Assembly (NCBI GenBank): GCA_013115125.1 | Contig: JABANN010000126.1 | Location: 46,502-66,501 of the forward strand | Length of the DNA stretch: 20,000 bases | Direction of reading: 5' to 3' | Source of the DNA: Perkinsus olseni | Lineage: Eukaryota | Shown here: in pieces, positions 10,908 through 17,717 of the stretch | Layout: each line of letters opens with the position of its first letter | Numbering within the stretch: position 1 is the first letter of the stretch | Made by a program: the position numbers and the translations under genes | Notes under the pieces: generated by a model | Told to the model about the DNA's origin: nothing | Seen by the model: only the letters and a program-made list of their open reading frames with translations | The model's database searches: none

Positions 10908-12191
10908 TTATCGGCGGTATCCTCTCAGGACCGGGAAGTCAATGGCCATCTCGACGGCTTTCAGCGGGTTCAGAGCACCAGCGTTCTTCTTCAAGGGCAT
11001 GCCGGGGGTGGTGAACCGATCGACGTTGTGGGCGAGGATCCCGGCGACGTACTTGGGCTTAACGCCCATGGAGAGCATGAGCGCGGCTGCTCCAGAGACG
11101 ATGGGACAGGAGAAGGACGTCCCCGAGGCGTAACCATTATTGCCGGTGTAGATGTACTGGCCGTAGGCAGCGATATCGACGTAACCACCATAGTTGCTCC
11201 AGGAATATAGTTCTAGATCGTCTTGATACTTGAGAGCAGCCACACAGAGCACGCCGGGGATCGGGCATGGGTAATGCATGTCAGCTGGCAGTCCATCGTT
11301 ACCGGCGGAGGCGACGACAATGATACCCTGGTCAGTAGCTGCTTTGAAGGCCTTGCCGAGGACCCGGTCCGCGAAGCTCCTTGATATGAAATAACCCAGT
11401 GAGATTGATACGATATCAACTCCGATATCGACCGCCATCTCCATAGCCTCAGCCATATGCCACCAGCTACCATACCCATCTTCGTTTTGGGTTCTCAAAG
11501 ACACCAGACGCACATGGTTTGACATGCCGGCCATATCGTGGTTATCGTTCCTCCGGGACGCGATAAGTTTGGCACACATCTGGCCATGCTGATTGACCGA
11601 GGAGAAGTTCGAGGTGTCGTTCACGAAGTTCCACCCACCGTCAACGATCCCACCGCTCTTCGTACGGAAGATACCCCGATAGGGAGCAATATCGGGATCG
11701 CTGAAGTTAAGGCCGCTGTCCATAACCGCTACGCTCACGGTCTGCCTCGCGTAGGGCGCAGACTTTTCCCAAACTTCCTTCATGTTCATCCTCTCGAATG
11801 CTTTCTGATGCTCAGCGTTGGGGTCATTCACGCCGAGCTTGTTGCCGGTGCTCTCCTCCCTGGTGGTGTAGTTAGGAGCGCAATCATACTCCAGATCGTG
11901 TAGCTTAGAAGCAGCGTCCTTCACGTAGTCACAGAGAGCGGTGCAGCTCACCGTGTCGTCGGAGGTAGAGACCACCTGCAAGCCCGAGTACTTCAGAGTC
12001 TTGATTGTTGCCGTCTTGAGGAAGGCTGCCATAGCAGTGTTGGACGCGAGCTTGGCGGCTTCGAGACGCTGCGGGATGTCCTTGACGTCGACGAAGGTAT
12101 CGTCGGAAGTGATCGACACGATAGTCTGGCTGTCGTAAACTTCTGTGGAGCTCGATGCGGCTATGAGCGGAAGGAAAGAGAGAAGTTTCAT
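10908..12191 (-). CDS. Secreted subtilisin-like serine protease (peptidase S8), intronless, 427 aa
   Basis: Signal-peptide-like N-terminus MKLLSFLPLIAASSS, then a prodomain. Catalytic triad motifs VAVMDSG (Asp), QHGQMCA (His), SGTSFSCPIVSGAAAL (Ser); oxyanion motif VVASAGN; WSNYG..VDIAAYG. Confidence 0.96.
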   Translation of the reverse strand: MKLLSFLPLIAASSSTEVYDSQTIVSITSDDTFVDVKDIPQRLEAAKLASNTAMAAFLKTATIKTLKYSGLQVVSTSDDTVSCTALCDYVKDAASKLHDLEYDCAPNYTTREESTGNKLGVNDPNAEHQKAFERMNMKEVWEKSAPYARQTVSVAVMDSGLNFSDPDIAPYRGIFRTKSGGIVDGGWNFVNDTSNFSSVNQHGQMCAKLIASRRNDNHDMAGMSNHVRLVSLRTQNEDGYGSWWHMAEAMEMAVDIGVDIVSISLGYFISRSFADRVLGKAFKAATDQGIIVVASAGNDGLPADMHYPCPIPGVLCVAALKYQDDLELYSWSNYGGYVDIAAYGQYIYTGNNGYASGTSFSCPIVSGAAALMLSMGVKPKYVAGILAHNVDRFTTPGMPLKKNAGALNPLKAVEMAIDFPVLRGYRR

Positions 12192-12314
12192 CGCGGCAAA
12201 TTAATAGAAAACTGAAAGGCGCCTACAGTCCCAGTCTCGAAGAATAAAGAGGATTCAGGAGACTTCAGCCGAGGGTGTCCCCGGTGAGCGTCTCGTCTAG
12301 CCCCTGAAAACGTC

Positions 12315-12343
12315 GCGTCTCTGAGACGGCGTTTCAGAGACGC
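12315..12343. repeat. Inverted repeat / hairpin with 10-bp perfect arms
   Basis: gcgtctctga-gacggcgtt-tcagagacgc. Confidence 0.9.
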
Positions 12344-12810
12344 CCGTCTCTGTGACTTTGTGCGAGGCCCCTTTGGACTTCACCCGCACTTCTTAGCCCC
12401 AAAATGTTGGCGACACCTGATAAACATCTTGAAGATGGCGCTAAGGATCACTCAGCGGTCATCGCCGGCGTTTGCGTGGCAAGTTCCTGTCCGAGACTGG
12501 CGCGAGCTGGGCGCGCCGCGTCAAACGGGAGACGGTCCTTCCGAGGCAGTCTCTGCCTGCCGCGGGACGGCAGCCCGTCCCTGAGGCTTTGTGCAGGGTC
12601 TCTTGGTTCTCACCTGCAGCTGCTAACTCGAAAATGTTAAGTGCCCGCGACACCAAATGAAAATTTCGGATTGGAGATGGCGTTGAGGGTCGATGGCGTC
12701 TGCGTGGCGATTCCCTGTCGGAGACTGGCGCAAGATGGGCGCGCCACGTCAAGCGAGAGACGGTCTCTCCGATACAGTCTCCGGCTGCCGAAGGATTGCA
12801 ACCCGTCTCC
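12343..12810 (+). repeat. Two diverged tandem ~230-bp units
   Basis: Units start with cccgtc at 12343, 12574 (and a stub at 12802). Shared blocks: ctttgtgc, aaaatgtt, gcgacacc, agatggcg, tgcgtggc, cctgtc.gagactggcgc, tgggcgcgcc.cgtcaa, gagacggtc, cagtctc, ctgccg. Confidence 0.88.
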
Positions 12811-12874
12811 AGCTTCTACTGCTTACTTTCCTCCTCATATCCCTCCCTCGCAGGAATTTTTACAACTTTCTCAC

Positions 12875-15049
12875 ATGGGCTACCTCTCCTCTATAATCGG
12901 TTGCCTAAGCCTCATCGCAAGCGCTCGTGCCTCCCACCCAGCGGGCACCTACGCCTGCAGAGCGTCCGCTGACTCTGGTGGTACTCTGGTCTTCGCCGCC
13001 GACCAGCAGACCGTCCGCCTGAGCATATCCCTCGGCCGCTGCAGCGCTTCCGCTGACGTCCCCTATACTATGACGGCTATCGGTGGTTCTGGCAACGAGT
13101 TCTGGGTGGAACCAGACTACAGCTCGACTAACTTCAAGACGGCCGTCAACAACTGCGGGTATTCTACTATTCATGGTGACTCCTTCAACAGACTTCGGGT
13201 CGAGTCCAGGGACGGTGTGTCGATGAGCGACATTACCGTTAACGTTGGTAGCGGGTCAACATGGGAGTTCTGGTTATCTAGCCGCCCAGCCCCCACGGCA
13301 CCAGCAACTACTGCTCCGACTCCCAGGCCTCTGACGCAGCTGTATCCTATCGGCGCCTACGGTTGCAGAGGGACAGGCCAATACGGTCGTTTGGACTTCG
13401 AGCAAGATAAACAGGTTTTCCGCATCAGCGCCACGCTTGGCAGCTGTGGTGCTACCGCTGATAACGTCCCCTACACCATGACCCCCATCCAGGGTTCTGA
13501 CCACGAGTACTGGTTGACGCCTGATTACAGCTCTACTGACTTCAAAGCGCGCCTGGCTGCCTGCGGAGTGGCTACCACCTTCTTCGACAGCTTCCACGTC
13601 GAGTCCAACAATGATGTTCTCATGCGCGACATTGTTATCAGCGAAGCCAGTGGGTCTCCGTGGAACTGCTGGTTGGCCAGTGGTCCCACCCGTCCCGTAC
13701 CAGGCCCAACGGAGAGGCCTCCACCGGTCCACACTACACCCCGCGCCCCGGCAACTACACCCCGCGCGCCGGCAACTACACCCCGCGCCCCGGCTACTAC
13801 ACGTGCGCCGGCAACTAGACCTCCCGCACCACCGGCGTCGGGCCACCCCGAGGGAAGCTTCTATGTCTCCGTTAATGAGAAGTCTGGCGGGTCTTTGGTG
13901 TTCCATCAGCAACAGCAGACTCTCTCTATTGTTATTCGGCTGGGTGACTGTGTCGCGTCTGCCTATAACGTTCCCTATGGTATGGTCCCTAGCACTAACG
14001 GTCGTTACTGGGTTGTCCCCGACTACAGGTCGACGAACTTCAATACGAAGCTCGACAGCTGCAACGACAAGGTTGTATCAAGTGTCGGCTTCCGGCGTCT
14101 CGAAGTATCTTCGACCGGTGGCGTGTCGATGAATTTGGTCACTGCTTCCATCCTGGATGACGTAGAATGGGTTTTCAGACTCGCTGGCGCTCCGCCGCCC
14201 CGTCCGACCCACCCGACGCAATCTCCTGCTACTCCGACTCATGAGACTCACCCCGTGGGCGTCTACCAGGGTGAGGGTAGTTCGAGCTCTGGTAGCACGA
14301 TCGAGTTCTACGAGAACTTCAAGCTCATGAGCCTGACCTTCAGGGCCGGTAGTTGTACTGCTGCTGCCCACAGCATCCCCTATCATATAGCCTATATCCG
14401 TAAATATTCAGGGGGCGTTCTGGAGGACGAGTTCGTTGTGGTGCCTGACTTGCGTGGCACACACTTCGAGACGCAGTTGGTCAATTGTGGCGTCACTGAT
14501 CTGCCAAGCTTAGCCTTGGAAAATCTGATAGTGAGTTCCAAGAAGGGCGTTCCGATGAGCGAAGTTATCCCGCACAACACTAATGGATGGGAATTCGAAC
14601 TGCGTGGTGCTCCCTCTCCGCCGCCACCGACGACAACTCCTATCCCCACGACTACTTCACCGACCCCTACGGCTCCGACTAAGCCTCACCCATATGGTCT
14701 GTATGACGGTCAGACGACCGGAGCCACAGGAGAATTGGTGTTCCTACAGGAGCCTGGCAACTTCACCATGCACATCACGCTTGGTGGTTGCAGTCTCAAC
14801 TTCGACGATATCCCGTACGAGATGGTTGAGGAGAATGGTGTCTCGTGGATGAAGGCTGACTACAGCTCCACTACTCTGGCTCATACTCTGAGGAACTGCA
14901 GATTCTACGCCAACTCAAGATACGAACTTGAGGACCTCGAGAAGATCGAGTTCAGGGACGCGCAGGATCCGCTCAACCAGCAGTTGGTCATTTACAGACT
15001 GTCCAGGACAAATGGCATGAGAGAGGGGAAGGTCTTCGGCAACAATTAA
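12875..15049 (+). CDS. Secreted/surface protein, 724 aa, five tandem ~115-aa Cys-containing domains separated by Pro/Thr-rich linkers; function unknown
   Basis: Long uninterrupted ORF. First ATG at 12875 follows a pyrimidine tract/AG and gives a signal-peptide-like MGYLSSIIGCLSLIASARA. Repeated consensus HPxGxY...GxLxF......LGxC...VPY...WxxPDYxSTxF...LxxC...W, with domains starting at 12935, 13343, 13844, 14249 and 14687. Confidence 0.9.
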   Translation: MGYLSSIIGCLSLIASARASHPAGTYACRASADSGGTLVFAADQQTVRLSISLGRCSASADVPYTMTAIGGSGNEFWVEPDYSSTNFKTAVNNCGYSTIHGDSFNRLRVESRDGVSMSDITVNVGSGSTWEFWLSSRPAPTAPATTAPTPRPLTQLYPIGAYGCRGTGQYGRLDFEQDKQVFRISATLGSCGATADNVPYTMTPIQGSDHEYWLTPDYSSTDFKARLAACGVATTFFDSFHVESNNDVLMRDIVISEASGSPWNCWLASGPTRPVPGPTERPPPVHTTPRAPATTPRAPATTPRAPATTRAPATRPPAPPASGHPEGSFYVSVNEKSGGSLVFHQQQQTLSIVIRLGDCVASAYNVPYGMVPSTNGRYWVVPDYRSTNFNTKLDSCNDKVVSSVGFRRLEVSSTGGVSMNLVTASILDDVEWVFRLAGAPPPRPTHPTQSPATPTHETHPVGVYQGEGSSSSGSTIEFYENFKLMSLTFRAGSCTAAAHSIPYHIAYIRKYSGGVLEDEFVVVPDLRGTHFETQLVNCGVTDLPSLALENLIVSSKKGVPMSEVIPHNTNGWEFELRGAPSPPPPTTTPIPTTTSPTPTAPTKPHPYGLYDGQTTGATGELVFLQEPGNFTMHITLGGCSLNFDDIPYEMVEENGVSWMKADYSSTTLAHTLRNCRFYANSRYELEDLEKIEFRDAQDPLNQQLVIYRLSRTNGMREGKVFGNN
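13733..13817 (+). repeat. Coding minisatellite, 21-bp unit encoding TTPRAPA (3 full + degenerate copies)
   Basis: actacaccccgcgccccggca / actacaccccgcgcgccggca / actacaccccgcgccccggct / actacacgtgcgccggca. Confidence 0.92.
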
Positions 15050-15783
15050 GTAGCAAAAGAATTCGTCAGATCCGACGACATCCATGGTTGGCCAAGCCTT
15101 AGGAGGCTAAGTTCCCTTCGTTTTATATCTCTTTTTCAAATGGGAAAGTTTAGCATCAACGTTGCTTGCTCCAATGTTGAGTCAGCCTTACTTTAGCTTA
15201 TTCAAGCTCTTACCCGGGCTTACATCAGATTCTGTTGCGTGCTTCATAGTGATGAATAACGGGAGGGAGCATAATTCGTACGAGTTCTTAAGCGTCCGAA
15301 TAAGATTTGTGCGAGATGAAAGGGAGCGAATAGGAGTAGTTTCTGTGTATAACCATGTTTCGGGAACGTGATCCACCCAATAACACAACGCACTCAACTC
15401 ACGCCGTGATCCGAAGTTACGTTAGTCGAAGACGTTGAACATCTTGTTTAGCTCACTACAGGAATCAGCGCAGCCAGTGACACTCTCGGGGCTCAGGGCG
15501 CCGAGGATGGACGACCGCAGGTCTGCGGCGTGGACTCCCCAGGAGGCAAACGAGGAGATATTCCTTGGGCTACCGTGACCTGGGAGTTAGCAGCAATGGT
15601 GTGTCCGCGTGCATGCTAGCTCACGCAACACAGCATCGTTATGACTGAAATCTTGAGATGACATTGATGGCAACTTCGGAATTAGGTTGCTCGATAAAAG
15701 TGGCACCGAGAGTTTCGCCTCGCTTCCATTGAGCCAAAAGCGAGCTATACCAATGAGAAAACTGAACCCGAGGTACTGGTGCC

Positions 15784-16848
15784 TCACATGAGGTAAGGAT
15801 GGCAATGTATCACCCGACGACCTCCTGCGCTGCGTCGATCGATATAACAGAAGCTCCAGCGGCCGAATATGATGGTGGAATTTCCTGGTAGGCTTTTCCC
15901 GTTCTTGTCGATTGTCACCGCTTTCCTTAGATTTTTGGGGTGGCGAAGTACGTAGACGTCGTCCTCATCGACCAGCATTTGGTCCAGCCCTGCCGTGTTC
16001 TTCAGAGACTTGCCTCCGAGTTTCTGAAACTCTATAATGTCATCCCTCCGCGCACTGAATAGCATAGGGTTGTCGGATCGCAGCAAGTTCACCCGGATTG
16101 AATGCCAGGTCGAATTGGCCTTGTAAAAAACGTCGACACCGTGAGGACAGTCAGGCACCGCCGTGAAGCCGATGAAAGAAAAACTCAGGTCGATTGCCTG
16201 TTTATTAATGGTGCAGACTGATCTCACTCCATCGGTCTCGGCCAGCCGCACGAAGAATACTTCTATGGCATCGGTTGAATATGTTCCACCGCCCCAGATT
16301 CCCGAAAGACTCCTCCAGCGTTCCATCGCCACATAGAGAAGGTCGCCAACAACGATGATACCGGAGAGCCAATCATCGTACCAACTCAAATGCGGAATAC
16401 TGATAGGCTCTTCCGTCTCGCCAGTGGCCATGTCGTGTTGCAATAACACACGACCGTCATTGTACAGCACGTACAGGTTGCGAGAGCCCGCCGCGTAGTA
16501 GCATTCCCAGGCACTCTTCTCGGTGGCATCACTGCAGAGAGTCGAGACTTCGGTAGACTGAAGTTCACGGTTGGCCGCTGTAGCGATGCTGTATATCTTA
16601 ATAGTCTGGCCGTCTTGGGAGACCTGGTACACCACACCACGGTCGATGAACGTGAAATCATCTGAGAGCCACTTGTCAGTGAGTATCTGCTCTCGGGGGC
16701 AATCCAAAGCCAATGCTGGTTTCTTGCAGTACTCCATAATATCGCCCATGAGGTCTTGCATCGGCTCCCTGCCCTGCTGACCATTCCATAGCCTCTCGAT
16801 GGCCATGCAACGGAGGGCCTCAAAGTGATGGGGAAGTTGGAAGACCAT
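15784..16848 (-). CDS. Hypothetical intronless protein (~354 aa); helical N-terminus followed by a beta-rich, possibly propeller-like region
   Basis: Open frame over 1 kb with protein-like composition. First ATG at 16848 (MVFQLPHHF) is preceded by AG acceptors and a pyrimidine run. Segments such as RNLYVLYNDGRVLLQHDMATG and GIIVVGDLLYVA look like beta-propeller blades. No family recognised. Confidence 0.75.
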   Translation of the reverse strand: MVFQLPHHFEALRCMAIERLWNGQQGREPMQDLMGDIMEYCKKPALALDCPREQILTDKWLSDDFTFIDRGVVYQVSQDGQTIKIYSIATAANRELQSTEVSTLCSDATEKSAWECYYAAGSRNLYVLYNDGRVLLQHDMATGETEEPISIPHLSWYDDWLSGIIVVGDLLYVAMERWRSLSGIWGGGTYSTDAIEVFFVRLAETDGVRSVCTINKQAIDLSFSFIGFTAVPDCPHGVDVFYKANSTWHSIRVNLLRSDNPMLFSARRDDIIEFQKLGGKSLKNTAGLDQMLVDEDDVYVLRHPKNLRKAVTIDKNGKSLPGNSTIIFGRWSFCYIDRRSAGGRRVIHCHPYLM

Positions 16849-17103
16849 CGCGATACACGGGAAAGGAGCGTATCCTTGAAACTGCGCAGTAGTTACCACA
16901 ATCTTCGCTCATGGACCGACTGGCTTCAATGTTGATTGAAGCTTTTGTGGGTCCGACACTTTCATCCACAACGTGGGACCGATCTTAGCAGTCGTTAGAA
17001 ATGACAACCATGGGGCTCATCGAGTGAGCAGCGGTTGCTCAGCCACCAGCTCTCGTCGAGGCTCAATCACGAGTAGCGCGGTTTTCACGGGGTCTCCGGC
17101 GCT

Positions 17104-17195
17104 GGGCAGAATTAGTAATACGACGTCACTATGTCTTTAGTAGACGATCCATGCCACAAATCCGATGAGGACGAGTTCGATACCCGCTCTTCCCT
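17104..17195 (+). pseudogene. Degenerate tRNA-like cloverleaf (possible tRNA pseudogene or SINE head)
   Basis: Acceptor gggcaga/tcttccc (6/7), D-stem tagt/acta, stem tgtc/gacg around the 7-nt loop tttagta, long variable region, B-box GTTCGATAC with a weak T-stem (3/5). The D-loop lacks GG. Confidence 0.25.
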
Positions 17196-17350
17196 AAACT
17201 CATCCCTCTTCAAACAAGATACATCGGTGCTTGCCTGAGAGCCGGTTTCCGGCGTCGAACTTGTAAGTCACACGCACACCTGCACGGAGTGATTGAAGCA
17301 TTCAGAATGCAGGTGATACAGCTCGTGCGGGCTTTGCTTTTGACCACATT

Positions 17351-17665
17351 TGCGGTCAAAAAGTGTGCGGTGTCTCTTGGCTCAAGGTCGAGTCTTCCCA
17401 GTGCTAACTCAAGGGCGTCATTGACTACGGAGTTAACCATTAGGAAATGAGAGTGATACTAACTACGAATGGGATATCATCAAATAACTCATACTCATAG
17501 TCCGATGATTCGGGAGTAATCCGCAGCCGCGGCACGCATATACATAGCCCAATCCGCTATGTTCCTGCGTGCAGCGGAGCGGTCGTCAGCATATTCATGA
17601 AAAGTAGGTTGGGCTTCAATAAGGAGCCCTTCCTAGAGATAGTGCGGTGCGCAGCACCAACCGCA
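17351..17665 (-). mobile_element. Putative 3' LTR of the Gypsy element (distal boundary uncertain)
   Basis: On the minus strand, the pol stop is followed by a PPT-like GGGGGA (17670-17675) and then TGCGGT at 17665. An inverted ACCGCA end is possible at 17351 or 17366. The 5' LTR is outside the window, so this cannot be confirmed. Confidence 0.35.
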
Positions 17666-17717
17666 GATGTCCCCCAAGGGGTCCTGCATTGAAGCGCAAG
17701 CATGATAGAAAAAAAAA

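Larger units (their letters stand above)
12192..12874. promoter_or_regulatory. Divergent (bidirectional) upstream region rich in GAGAC/GTCTC motifs, with putative trans-splice acceptors at both ends
   Basis: Lies between two head-to-head ATGs. About 16 GAGAC/GTCTC pentamers, including five (A/T)GAGACG. Plus-strand pyrimidine tract ending cag at 12851-12853; minus-strand cctttcag ~22 nt before the subtilisin ATG. Confidence 0.55.

Noticed and set aside
12641-12874. 78-aa N-terminal extension of the 802-aa ORF from a GTG start
   Set aside because: It runs through the non-coding tandem repeat and pyrimidine tract; the ATG at 12875 gives a clean signal peptide.
13733-13817. Short direct repeats as a CRISPR-like array
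   Set aside because: Contiguous in-frame coding repeats without spacers, in a eukaryotic gene.
12905-14852. Antisense and alternate-frame ORFs over the repeat protein (likewise over subtilisin and pol)
   Set aside because: Expected by-products of GC-rich codon usage; no motifs.
15485-15588. Cluster of small GC-rich hairpins (ctcgg/ccgag, ccgcag/ctgcgg, actcccc-agg/cctgggagt)
   Set aside because: Short stems in GC-rich sequence with no ribozyme or known ncRNA core.
15729-15739. Other partial spliced-leader matches (minus-strand TTTTGGCTCAA here; ctgtagccattcttg at 7494-7508; TTGGCTCA near 4442 and 4921)
   Set aside because: Short or gapped, and not positioned upstream of a start codon.
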